A stretch of 64,000 nt of DNA, from assembly GCA_963662285.2 (NCBI GenBank), contig CAXXMV010000004.1:1-64000 (forward strand), in the 5' to 3' direction. The stretch is from a bacterium (GTDB lineage: Bacteria > Hinthialibacterota > Hinthialibacteria > Hinthialibacterales > Hinthialibacteraceae). The notes below the pieces were generated by a model that was given only the letters and a program-made list of their open reading frames with translations, made no database searches and was not told where the DNA came from. The translations under genes were made by a program, and so were the position numbers. Below, in pieces: positions 20,715 to 30,463 of the stretch (positions within the stretch are counted from its first letter, which is position 1; every line of letters begins with the position of its first letter).

Positions 20715-21869
20715 ATGTCAAAATCAAATAAAAGCAGCCCCCCAATTCGTATTTGCTTCCCCTTTGTCGGTTCAACAATGGGCGGCAGCCATCTCTCCAC
20801 CCTTCTGCTTATTGAGAACCTTGATAGAAATCGGTTTGAACCGCTCGTGGTTTTGCATGAAGAAGGCCAACTATCCAACTATCTAAATGAACATGGCGCG
20901 CCTTATACTCTGTTGCCATTGAAAAACTATATTGGCGCCAAACCGGGCATTCTCAATAATATTGTTCTTCTAATTCAAATTATCTTTATTTTAGTAAATT
21001 TCCTATGGAAAAACCGTATATCTATTGTACATACTCAAGACGCCCGCATGCACTATAGCTGGGCGATTCCCGCACGCCTGGCGGGTTGTAAATTCATCTG
21101 GCATCAACGCGCGATTTTTTATAATACCGGTTTGATGAAAGTTCTAATCAGGTTTAGTCATCAAGTTGTTTGCATTTCTCAATATGTATTATCGAGTTAT
21201 CCCTATGGCGCAACCAGTAAATTCAGGATTATCAATAATCCTTTTTCTGCTAATCAGTTGAATCTATCTCGGACGGAATATAAGAAAAAATTGGTTGAGC
21301 AATTGGGATTAGAAGACGATTGCTCCTTAGTCGGTTTTTGCGGTAATCTTGTTGAGCAGAAGCGCCCCGTGTTTTTTGTAGAAATGGCGGCTAAAATTCT
21401 TGCTTCATATTCAAAACCTGTTGCCTTTGTTATGGTTGGCGCTGATCGTAATGGCATGTCCGATCAGATCGTCGCAAGCCTCAAACAATTGAATATTGAG
21501 CATCGATTTCATTTGTTGGGATTTATATCTCCAATCGAACAGGTTCTCGCCGCATTCGATGTTCTTGCTGCTCCCGCTGTAAAAGAGGGTTTCGGGCGTA
21601 CATTGGTCGAGTCTATGATTGTTGGAACGCCGGTGGTGGCGGCGGATTCCGGGGGGCATAGTGAAATAATGCATAATTGTCCGCTGGGAGTGTTGGCTGC
21701 GGTAGACGATGTGGATGATTTTAGCAATTCAATCCTCGGTCTTTTAGATAACCCGGATTCAATAGACATTGCCAGGAAAGAATCACTGGATAAGATTTAT
21801 CAGCTTTATTCAATAGAGAATCATGTAGAGCAAATTATGAATTTGTATGACGATAGTATTGCCTCATGA
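20715..21869 (+). CDS. Glycosyltransferase family 4
   Basis: MGGS, QKRP and EGFGRTLVESM..GTPVVA motifs. Confidence 0.9.
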   Translation: MSKSNKSSPPIRICFPFVGSTMGGSHLSTLLLIENLDRNRFEPLVVLHEEGQLSNYLNEHGAPYTLLPLKNYIGAKPGILNNIVLLIQIIFILVNFLWKNRISIVHTQDARMHYSWAIPARLAGCKFIWHQRAIFYNTGLMKVLIRFSHQVVCISQYVLSSYPYGATSKFRIINNPFSANQLNLSRTEYKKKLVEQLGLEDDCSLVGFCGNLVEQKRPVFFVEMAAKILASYSKPVAFVMVGADRNGMSDQIVASLKQLNIEHRFHLLGFISPIEQVLAAFDVLAAPAVKEGFGRTLVESMIVGTPVVAADSGGHSEIMHNCPLGVLAAVDDVDDFSNSILGLLDNPDSIDIARKESLDKIYQLYSIENHVEQIMNLYDDSIAS

Positions 21870-21935
21870 CTCATGCAATTATTATATAGCGGCGAATAAC
21901 ATTTCTAGTAAATCGTAAATAAGGCGTAATATTAA

Positions 21936-22733
21936 ATGAGTGGTTTGAAGCATAAATTAGGGTATTTCCGTTATATCGCGCAGCCGGTAATCTGGCCGGA
22001 AATCTTTCGGCGTCTTAAAACCAAATTGACTTTGATGTTTGGCGACGCCAGTTCCTATGATATGACCAGTCAGCGCGATGAAGCCATTGAATGGTGCAAG
22101 ACTCTGGCTGGCTCATCAAAAGACGCTCTCCAGCGCATCACCAAAAGTAAAGGCTCTTTTTCTTCACTGAGACAGTTGTATCCCAATGAACTGCAGGAAG
22201 CGGAACGTAACGCCGCCGCATGTCCTGTCAAAATGGGCGGTGCAGGCAACTTGGATTTGCTTTATACCTTGTGTGAACATATTAAAGCGGAATCAATTTT
22301 AGAAACCGGCGTTGCTTATGGTTGGTCAAGTTTGGCGGTTTTGCTCTCCATTCAACATCGGCCATCAGCCCGTTTATACAGTATCGATTTGCCCTATTTT
22401 GAATATATGAATGATCGTTGGGTTGGCGTTGTGGTTCCCGAAGCGTTGCGAAAACAATGGACTCTATTCCGTATGGCGGATCGCGAAGGCGTCCCCAGAG
22501 CGATTGCCAAGGCCAGGCAGTTTGATCTGGCGCATTATGATTCGGACAAGTCGTATGACGGAAGAAGATTATCTTATCAACTGGTGTGGGGTGCTTTGAA
22601 ACCGGAAGGGATTCTTATCTCTGATGATATCGGAGATAACCTGGCCTTTCGCGACTTTTGCAAAGAAATAAATATGCAACCCATGGTTATTGAATTTGAC
22701 GGTAAATTTCAGGGCGTAATCATAAAGCAATAA
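21936..22733 (+). CDS. Class I SAM-dependent methyltransferase (Methyltransf_24-like)
   Basis: LETGVAYGWSS, SIDLP, HYDSDK and GILISDDI motifs. Confidence 0.85.
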   Translation: MSGLKHKLGYFRYIAQPVIWPEIFRRLKTKLTLMFGDASSYDMTSQRDEAIEWCKTLAGSSKDALQRITKSKGSFSSLRQLYPNELQEAERNAAACPVKMGGAGNLDLLYTLCEHIKAESILETGVAYGWSSLAVLLSIQHRPSARLYSIDLPYFEYMNDRWVGVVVPEALRKQWTLFRMADREGVPRAIAKARQFDLAHYDSDKSYDGRRLSYQLVWGALKPEGILISDDIGDNLAFRDFCKEINMQPMVIEFDGKFQGVIIKQ

Positions 22734-23854
22734 TGGGGATCATCTTGGATGAAAAAGTGCCATCAGCTGATATAACGCTGGTTATCAGCGATCTGGGCGG
22801 CGGTGGAGCGCAACGGGTGCTGACTTTGCTGGCCAATGCATGGGCCAAGAAGGGCAAGCGCGTCTGCGTCATTACCCTGGCTGATCAAAGCAGCGATTTT
22901 TTCTCGCTTGATCCTACCGTGCGGCGCATTGTATCCGGCGGCATTCATCAATCCAGCGGCTTCTACGAAGCGCTATCTATGAACTTTCGTAGAATCTGGA
23001 ATCTGCGCCGCAGCATCAAATCCAGCGGCGCTCCGATTGTAGTATCATTTGTGGGAACCACTAACTTGCTGACCATTATGGCCTCTGTAGGTTTAGGGCT
23101 ATGTGTGATTATTTCAGAACGCAACGATCCTTCACGGCAGAGTCTGGGACGGATATGGGATTTTCTGCGGCGGCGGTTATATAAATATGCGGATCGGGTA
23201 ACCGCCAACAGCCATGGAGTTTTGGAGGCGTTAGCTGATTTCACCCCGCGCAGCAAATTGTACTATGTACCTAATCCTCTGGTGGCTCCTGATGAAACGC
23301 AAAAGCGTGATAAACTGCCTCTTTCGATTTTAGCAGTGGGACGGCTGCATCAGCAGAAGGGATATGATATTCTTCTGCCCGCTTTCGCCCGGATCGCATC
23401 GCAGGCGCCCGATTGGCGTTTGGATATACTGGGCGACGGGCTGCTGCGCGACCAACTGCATCAACAGGCCGGGGATTTAAACATTGCCGACCGGATTGAG
23501 TGGCATGGAAGAGTAAGCCAGCCATTTCTGTTTTATTCCAACGCCGCTATATTTGTTCTTGCTTCCCGCTACGAAGGGACGCCCAATGCCATGCTGGAAG
23601 CAATGGCCTGCGGACTGCCGGTTATCGTGACTGATGCCTCGCCCGGACCGTTGGAATTTGTGGAAGACGGCGTGAGCGGTTTAGTGGTTCCAGCGGAAAA
23701 CGAACAAGCCCTGGCTGATGCCATGCTGCGTTTGATAAATGATGCTGATCTGCGTCGTAGTTTAAGCGATATGGCAAGGCTTCGCGTGATCGAATTAGAA
23801 CTACCCAACGCTCTGGCTACCTGGGAACAGGCCATAGGTTTTGATGAACAATAA
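22733..23854 (+). CDS. Glycosyltransferase family 4
   Basis: GGGAQRV, VGRLHQQKG and SRYEGTPNAMLEAMACGLPV motifs. Confidence 0.92.
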   Translation: MGIILDEKVPSADITLVISDLGGGGAQRVLTLLANAWAKKGKRVCVITLADQSSDFFSLDPTVRRIVSGGIHQSSGFYEALSMNFRRIWNLRRSIKSSGAPIVVSFVGTTNLLTIMASVGLGLCVIISERNDPSRQSLGRIWDFLRRRLYKYADRVTANSHGVLEALADFTPRSKLYYVPNPLVAPDETQKRDKLPLSILAVGRLHQQKGYDILLPAFARIASQAPDWRLDILGDGLLRDQLHQQAGDLNIADRIEWHGRVSQPFLFYSNAAIFVLASRYEGTPNAMLEAMACGLPVIVTDASPGPLEFVEDGVSGLVVPAENEQALADAMLRLINDADLRRSLSDMARLRVIELELPNALATWEQAIGFDEQ

Positions 23855-24010
23855 TGAGAGCCGTTGGCAAATAAATAATGCCGGGTAACTGCGTCCCCTC
23901 TCCCCACGGGTGAGGGCGAAATCGCAATCACTCTATGTAGGGGCAATTCCCTTGTGGTTGCCCTTTGGGCGAAATCGTCATCAGTAGATAGACTATAGAG
24001 GTATAACCGT

Positions 24011-24952
24011 ATGACAGTTCTAGTAACCGGCTGCGCAGGATTCATTGGCGGCCACTTATGTGAAGCCCTTTTGCAGCGCGGCGATTCCGTTATCGGTATT
24101 GATGCGATGACCGATAATTATGATGTCCAGGTCAAGCAGAGGAATTTATCCGCCTATCTGGATAATCCGCAATTTGAATATATAAACGGCAATATAATCG
24201 ATATCGATTTAGCTCCGGTTTTGAAAAAAGTTGATTGCATTTTTCATACCGCCGGTCAACCTGGAGTTCGGGCCAGCTGGGGCGATTGCTTTGAATTGTA
24301 TTTACAAAACAATATCGCAGCCACGCAGAAGATTCTGGAATGCATCAAGAATCTCAACAAACCAATTCGGGTGGTCTTCTCTTCTTCCTCTTCCATCTAT
24401 GGCAACACCGATCAATTGCCGGTTACTGAGTTAAGCCTTCCCCAGCCCTATTCTCCGTATGGAACCACCAAACTGGCGGCGGAGCATCTCTGCCGCCTGT
24501 ACCACCAGAATTTTCAGGTTCCTATAGTCGCCTTGCGCTATTTCACCGTTTATGGCCCCAGACAGCGTCCCGATATGGGATTCCATATTTTCATCAAAGC
24601 CATGATGCAGAACCAGCAAATCTCTATCCTGGGCGATGGCTCGCAAACCCGCGATTTCACCTTCGTCGAAGATATCGTCCAAGCCAACCTGCTGGCATCT
24701 CAGAAACCAGTTGAAGGCCGGATATTCAACATAGGTGGAGGCAGCCGACGCTCGCTGATGGATACGATCAATATCCTTGAAGAGGTCTCTGGCATCAAAC
24801 CCAATCTGGTATTTAAACCAGCCGAAAAAGGCGACGTAAAAGATACCTGGGCCGATACATCCCGAGCGCATGACCTGTTAGGATTTGAACCAAAAGTCGA
24901 TCTCGAAGAAGGCCTCAAACGTCAATGGCTATGGGAAAAAGAGATTTATTAG
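24011..24952 (+). CDS. NAD-dependent nucleotide-sugar epimerase/dehydratase (UDP-glucuronate/glucose 4-epimerase-like)
   Basis: GCAGFIG, AGQPGVR, SSSSIYG, YGTTK and LRYFTVYGPRQRPDM motifs. Confidence 0.92.
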   Translation: MTVLVTGCAGFIGGHLCEALLQRGDSVIGIDAMTDNYDVQVKQRNLSAYLDNPQFEYINGNIIDIDLAPVLKKVDCIFHTAGQPGVRASWGDCFELYLQNNIAATQKILECIKNLNKPIRVVFSSSSSIYGNTDQLPVTELSLPQPYSPYGTTKLAAEHLCRLYHQNFQVPIVALRYFTVYGPRQRPDMGFHIFIKAMMQNQQISILGDGSQTRDFTFVEDIVQANLLASQKPVEGRIFNIGGGSRRSLMDTINILEEVSGIKPNLVFKPAEKGDVKDTWADTSRAHDLLGFEPKVDLEEGLKRQWLWEKEIY

Positions 24953-25043
24953 TCCCGTAATGTGGGTCGCGCTTTATCGACCCACCGATTATGCCCCATA
25001 AATTGCACTATCCGGTCAGTCAAAAAACGCGTCTCCTACAGTG

Positions 25044-25091
25044 ATCCTGAATAGCCTTCCATCCTGATTATCCAGATTCAGACAAAAACAT
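25044..25091 (-). repeat. GGA-rich dispersed repeat (TGTCTGAATCTGGAT..CAGGAT.GAAGG...CAGGAT); second copy at 60463-60510 (+)
   Basis: Reverse complement of 25044-25091 aligns with 60463-60510. Confidence 0.7.
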
Positions 25092-25186
25092 GATACTTCA
25101 TGCACATCGATGTAATAATCCTGTCATACAAACGTTAACTTTATGATAAGCCGAATTTTTATAATGAATTCGTAACCGGATAAGGG

Positions 25187-27997
25187 GTGATAATGGGAAT
25201 TAATAAGTATTCAAAATTATCTTTATTCGCAGGCGCCGTTTTTGTTGCAGTCATAGTTCTCATTATCTTCGTTGCGCTGTCTCAAGAAACAAGATTAAAA
25301 CCAAATCCGAACGCCACGTTTTATATTGAACCAGATCCATCCTCTCAAACAGAAATTGTGCAGGCGGATGCCCCCTCCAATTCTTCTGATAAAGGGCGCG
25401 ATGTAGTCGAGTCTGCGTCAGCCGCTTCGTTAGTTCCAAATGATAATAGTATAAATCAGGAACGAATATTGAAATGCACCATTCACGACCTACTGGGCGC
25501 CCCGGTAAAGAGCGGAGTGATCCTATTAGGCGAGCAGGAGCATCCATTTCATGACGGCGGGTTGTTGCTGGAATCGATTCAAAAGCCGCCATTTAAATTA
25601 GAAGCCCGCGCAAAAGGATATCAACCGCAGACGCAAAATATTGACAATCCAACAGCGTCATCAATAGATTTTGTGTTGGATTATTATTGTGATTTCAAGG
25701 TGAACGTCTATAGTGAGGCAAGTACAACTATTCTTCCGAAGCCGCAACCGGACGCGGAAGTCTCTCTGTATAAAGCAACTCAATGTCCCAGACCAATTGC
25801 AATCAACCAGCGGGTATTTATCGAAACATCTCCATTTGAGAAACCTGTTCTATATAATCTCCGATTTCAAGATGACCTTTTAGAAATCGTTCAAGCGATA
25901 AATCTTCCCCAATCCGCTCTTCAGTTGGATCAATATGACCCAAATTATTTTGTCGAATTTATTACACCTAAAATCGGAGATCGCATTACCAGCGTCGGCG
26001 TTTATCCTCCACCATTTAAGACGGTTGACAAGCCTATTTATGATCGCGCATTTAAGTATCTTATTCCCAGATATTCTTCCCGCGACAATATGTTGCGTAT
26101 GATTGACGCTCTTTCCCTGGGTTTGAAGCGTCTTACGGTAGAGAGAAACGCAACGCCTATTCAAATGGTTCGTAATAATGGGCGTTATGCAATCAGGAGA
26201 TTGTTTTTACCCACTTTTAGCGGGAGCGAAGAATTGGTAGGAAAAGAAGTTACAAACGAGAATGGAATTTGTTGGTTTCGCAATGTGACGCCGGGATTAT
26301 ACTTTGTCCTGGCAAAATATGAAAATCAAACCAGCCTTTCTCGCCCGTTGCATCCCTCATGTGCAGGAGTCAATCTTGAATTAGCTTCTTGTAGCCAATT
26401 AACAGTTTTTACAAAGAGGAAAGGAATTGATTTTAATTATATGTTCGGCGCAAAATCCGTCCCGGATGTTGAACTAACGCTAAAAGCATCGGATGACAAC
26501 AAAGCCGGATTACATTTGAGTAATACGAAATATGGAGTGGCTCGTTTTCAAAATCTTCCTTTTGGGAAATACACAATTACGGCAAATCCTTTAAATTCTC
26601 CTGAATTAAATCCTGTCGTGCAAGAGATTATTGTTTCATACCCCTCCCAAAACGTTCCTATTTATTTCGATGGTTGGAGCCGTCATCGAATAGAAGGCGC
26701 CGTAATATTAAAAGATACAGAAACTCCACTCGAAGGAATATCTCTTGAATTATACGAGAGTGTAAGGGGCAATTTTATCTGTAGTTCGAAAACAACAACG
26801 GATTCTGCTGGTTCCTTTTCGTTTACTGACCTTCCGAAAGGAACATATCAAATCAACTACGCACCGGAAATGGATAAAAGAGATTATCGCTTGTTTATAG
26901 ATGATGACGTGCATTTGCAATCGAATCCACCCTTCTATTATGAGACGAGAGAAACAAGTAGCACTCCCGACATAGTAATAGACGATAAACCGGTTTACAC
27001 AGTCAAACTCGAAATGCTACATGTAAAGAAAACTACATTTTGGGGGATAGTAAAAAATGAAAAAAATATTCCAGTACCCAATGCCGAAATTAAATTTGTT
27101 CGCATGAAGGACAATGTTGAACATCGAATTCCCTTAACTGAAAATGTCTATAGTGATACGGACGGGAATTTTGCATTTTCTATTTTGACGGAAGATCGCG
27201 AACAATGGAATGATGAGCTCTATACAGGGAGAATAACCGCGGCACTTTTTAATCAGGGATCGACTCAGATTTATCAACCGAATCCTCTTGATGAAACGCG
27301 GGGAGGATGGGGGAGGTCCACTAGTCATCGATCATTTTTTAAGAGCGGTTCAATCGACCTGCGTTTTACTCTGGGAGAGCACTATGACTCGCTGAAGATC
27401 GTTCTCAAAAACAATGATCTTCTAACCTTGGAAGGACGCATTCTTACGAATGAGGGAGAAATTCCAGATGGAGCGAGAATTTGTGTGAGTGAGAAGAAAA
27501 CAGGTAATGTTGATGTGCCGGGAGTCTATAATACCGAAGATGGAACGTTTGTTATTGCCAACCTTCGACCGGTTGATTCATTTCTATGTGTCAAGTATGC
27601 ATATACCCGTGGCGGGAATGGGGAAATAACGGAATATATGGATGAGCAAATTTATATTACACAAGCTCAGATGGAAGAAATGGTACGCCGAATAAATACC
27701 AATGAACCATTAATGAAAATGGAAGTGACTCTTCAAAAATCCGGGTATCTTGCCGGAAAAGTGGTCGATCAATACGGTGAGCCTATAGAAAATGTTAGTG
27801 TACGACCTTCGGCATTACTCGGCAAATATAAAGATTCGTGTAGTAAAAGCAACGGGGACTTTCATATTTCTCAATTACAATACGGTGAAACCTATTCCCT
27901 GTACGTAGTCAATAAAGCTGGCACTCTTGTTGAGTTGTTATCGAATTTACAACCCAATATGGAGAATCTGATTCTGAACTATCCTATAGAGCAATGA
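25187..27997 (+). CDS. Membrane-anchored protein with multiple carboxypeptidase-regulatory-like (prealbumin-fold) domains
   Basis: N-terminal TM and low-complexity linker, then repeated G.V.D..G.P...A.. / T...G.F....L..G.Y patterns. Confidence 0.7.
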   Translation: MIMGINKYSKLSLFAGAVFVAVIVLIIFVALSQETRLKPNPNATFYIEPDPSSQTEIVQADAPSNSSDKGRDVVESASAASLVPNDNSINQERILKCTIHDLLGAPVKSGVILLGEQEHPFHDGGLLLESIQKPPFKLEARAKGYQPQTQNIDNPTASSIDFVLDYYCDFKVNVYSEASTTILPKPQPDAEVSLYKATQCPRPIAINQRVFIETSPFEKPVLYNLRFQDDLLEIVQAINLPQSALQLDQYDPNYFVEFITPKIGDRITSVGVYPPPFKTVDKPIYDRAFKYLIPRYSSRDNMLRMIDALSLGLKRLTVERNATPIQMVRNNGRYAIRRLFLPTFSGSEELVGKEVTNENGICWFRNVTPGLYFVLAKYENQTSLSRPLHPSCAGVNLELASCSQLTVFTKRKGIDFNYMFGAKSVPDVELTLKASDDNKAGLHLSNTKYGVARFQNLPFGKYTITANPLNSPELNPVVQEIIVSYPSQNVPIYFDGWSRHRIEGAVILKDTETPLEGISLELYESVRGNFICSSKTTTDSAGSFSFTDLPKGTYQINYAPEMDKRDYRLFIDDDVHLQSNPPFYYETRETSSTPDIVIDDKPVYTVKLEMLHVKKTTFWGIVKNEKNIPVPNAEIKFVRMKDNVEHRIPLTENVYSDTDGNFAFSILTEDREQWNDELYTGRITAALFNQGSTQIYQPNPLDETRGGWGRSTSHRSFFKSGSIDLRFTLGEHYDSLKIVLKNNDLLTLEGRILTNEGEIPDGARICVSEKKTGNVDVPGVYNTEDGTFVIANLRPVDSFLCVKYAYTRGGNGEITEYMDEQIYITQAQMEEMVRRINTNEPLMKMEVTLQKSGYLAGKVVDQYGEPIENVSVRPSALLGKYKDSCSKSNGDFHISQLQYGETYSLYVVNKAGTLVELLSNLQPNMENLILNYPIEQ

Positions 27998-28108
27998 GAT
28001 GCAAACATTCAATAAATATGATATTAATTTCATTATTCTAAGGGATTCTATCCTTGGGCGTTCATGAAAGGCGCCCCTATAACCACTGATTATAAAAAAA
28101 CAAAACCT

Positions 28109-29602
28109 CTAAACTAAAGGCAATATCTTAGATAAGAGCAATACCCAGACGAACCCGGTCAATGCAATAACGGTCAGCATGGCGGTCCAGGTTTTGAGGG
28201 TTTGGGCTTCGGTCAGTCCGGTTAACTGGCTGAATATCCAGAAGCCGCTGTCGTTCATCCATGAGTAGCCCGTCGCTCCAAATCCAATCACCGCAACCAG
28301 ATATACCGGATGATAGGGCAGATTGATGGTGGTCAGGGTTGGCGCGATGATGCCGGCGGTGGTTATCATGGCTACCGTGGCTGAACCTTGGGCTACGCGT
28401 ATCAGGCTGGCGGTCAGAAAAGCCAGCACAATCAGCGACATATCCCAGTGTTCCGCCGCCTGGGCGATGGCGTCTCCCACCTTGGCTTCATAGAGAATCT
28501 TGCCGAAGGCCCCGCCAGCGCAGGTGATGAAGGCGATAACCGCGCCGCTGGCGATGGCGGGTTCCAATTGTTTTAAGGATTCCTTCATGCTGAGGCTTTT
28601 TTGAGATACCAAAAGCCAGATGGCGATCAGTGCGCCCAGGAAAAAGACCAGGTTCTTATCGCCCATAATGTTGGTGACGGGTTTCATTACTCCAATGCAA
28701 TAAATCAAGTTATCCTGACTGATTATCCCGGAAATTGCGCTGAATATGCTGGATGCCGATATAATTTCTGAGAGTTTGGCCGGATCATTTTCTGTAGGTA
28801 TATAAGCTTTTAAGATAGAGGCGCCCGCCAGAAGAATTACGGGAAGAACAAAAGGCAGTAGTGATATGAATAAATTCGGCAACTCGCTGTTGGGTTTATC
28901 CGCAATTTCCTCCAACTCCTTCTGTGAAACGCCCAGCGCGTCTTTGGGAGTGATATTAAGGCGCTTGTTGATCCAGATGGGGTAAAGAATTCCACCAATA
29001 ATCAATGGAACGATAGAGGATAAAAGACCAATCATCATGGTCAGTAATATGGAAACTCGAATAGGATCGTCCATTTGTTTGGTGATATCATCGAATATCT
29101 CAGCCACCATGATCGGTCCGGGAGTGGGGGGAACCAGCGCATGGGTTATGACTCCACCGGCCGCCGCTGCGCATACGATCAGTACGTAGCATTCTTTGCG
29201 TCGTGCGTAAATGGCGCGGGCCAGCGGGGCCAATAAATAGAATACCGTGTCAAAGAAGACCGGGATCGATAAAACGAAGCCGCTGGAGAGCAGGGAATAA
29301 TGCTCGTTGCCTTTGCCGAAAATGCGGGTGAAGGCGCGGACGATGCGTTCAGCGGCGCCGCTGTCCATCAAACACTTTCCGATAATGGCCGCCATAGCCA
29401 ATAATATGCCGATTCCACCCATCATGGCTCCAAATCTTTCCGCAACCATCGGCAGCGCTTGATCGACTGGTATTTGGTCAGAAAGGAAAGCAATCAAAAT
29501 CGCAGCGGAAATTAATGCCAAAAAAGCATGAAAGCGCAACACCAGCATTAAAAAAATGATTAATCCAATGCCCACAAACAGGCAGGTAAGCGGCCCAAAC
29601 AT
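28109..29602 (-). CDS. GntP-family (gluconate/organic acid:H+) permease
   Basis: LSIPVFFD, HALVPPTPGP, AQGSATVAM and SWMNDSGFW motifs. Confidence 0.9.
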   Translation of the reverse strand: MFGPLTCLFVGIGLIIFLMLVLRFHAFLALISAAILIAFLSDQIPVDQALPMVAERFGAMMGGIGILLAMAAIIGKCLMDSGAAERIVRAFTRIFGKGNEHYSLLSSGFVLSIPVFFDTVFYLLAPLARAIYARRKECYVLIVCAAAAGGVITHALVPPTPGPIMVAEIFDDITKQMDDPIRVSILLTMMIGLLSSIVPLIIGGILYPIWINKRLNITPKDALGVSQKELEEIADKPNSELPNLFISLLPFVLPVILLAGASILKAYIPTENDPAKLSEIISASSIFSAISGIISQDNLIYCIGVMKPVTNIMGDKNLVFFLGALIAIWLLVSQKSLSMKESLKQLEPAIASGAVIAFITCAGGAFGKILYEAKVGDAIAQAAEHWDMSLIVLAFLTASLIRVAQGSATVAMITTAGIIAPTLTTINLPYHPVYLVAVIGFGATGYSWMNDSGFWIFSQLTGLTEAQTLKTWTAMLTVIALTGFVWVLLLSKILPLV

Positions 29603-29817
29603 ATTGATCCCCTTTTAATCGCGATATGAGGTGCAGCGTAGTTATCGAGCATTAAGCAAATAATCACCTGAGTCTACCATAAGCTTAATTTGATTAAAAC
29701 CTATGCGGTTGCTTGACCTATGGATGTAATAGATCGTTGCTCCGTTAAGGATGTTCCACTAGATTACGGCAGAGATCAGCTGAATCCAACTTTTTTTGAA
29801 AAAACCAAAATTTTTAC

Positions 29818-29845
29818 TCAAGGTTTTCTATTATGTTGCCGAAAA
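29818..29845 (+). promoter_or_regulatory. Sigma28 (FliA)-like promoter P1 upstream of flagellin
   Basis: TCAAGGTT...GCCGAAAA with CAAG-N15-GCCG spacing, against the consensus TAAA-N15-GCCGATAA. Confidence 0.6.
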
Positions 29846-29975
29846 TAATGTCGATCACGGTTGAAAATGTCTTAAATTATGAGACGCAATAGAAAATAAA
29901 AAAGACTTATAAAAAGGCAGAAAAAAAACCGCAAATGAGCGGTTTTGAAAATGAATTGGCAAGAAAGGGGCTAAA

Positions 29976-30226
29976 CTACTGAACTCGTCTGCACAAAAGG
30001 CCTCGGAAACCAATGAAAAAGAGAATCGAGCAATCTAACCCAACGATAATTATAAAGACTTTCTAATAAATTTTGTAGTTTATTTCGCTTTATTTATTAT
30101 CGACCAAGGTGGAAACGTCTTGAGTAAAAAAAACACTCAATAGAGAGAAAGGAAGGTTTTATAATAATTGGATAACGGAAGGGGATAATGCTACTGAACT
30201 CGTCTGCATAAAAGGCCTCGGAAACC
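29976..30226 (+). repeat. 36-nt direct repeat (35/36 identical) in the flagellin leader, copies at 29976-30011 and 30191-30226
   Basis: CTACTGAACTCGTCTGCA(C/T)AAAAGGCCTCGGAAACC; weaker similarity extends ~90-125 nt upstream of each copy. Confidence 0.92.
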
Positions 30227-30262
30227 TTATCACGACGACAGAACTTCCTTCAACTTCCTTCT

Positions 30263-30290
30263 CCAAGTTTTTTACCCAAAGCGCCAATAT
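30263..30290 (+). promoter_or_regulatory. Possible second sigma28-like promoter P2
   Basis: CCAAGTTT...GCCAATAT with the same CAAG-N15-GCC spacing as P1. Confidence 0.4.
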
Positions 30291-30463
30291 TTAATACTCG
30301 ACAGATTACAAGTAGAGTCGTTTCGGCTGATTCTCCCCGCACGCGGTCGTGGAGAGAAATGGTCGAGGATTCTCAGGTCGGGCACGGAAAATTCTGCATC
30401 AAAATATATCAAAATATTTATACAGAATTGCTGAACAACGATCTCTCAAGGAGGAAGAAAACA

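Noticed and set aside
29976-30011. Hammerhead ribozyme (CTGA...GAAAC)
   Set aside because: The core needs CUGAnGA; here it reads CUGAACU, and the required stems are not evident.
29976-30226. 36-nt repeat as a CRISPR array
   Set aside because: Only two copies, 179 nt apart, with homologous flanks and no cas genes in the window.
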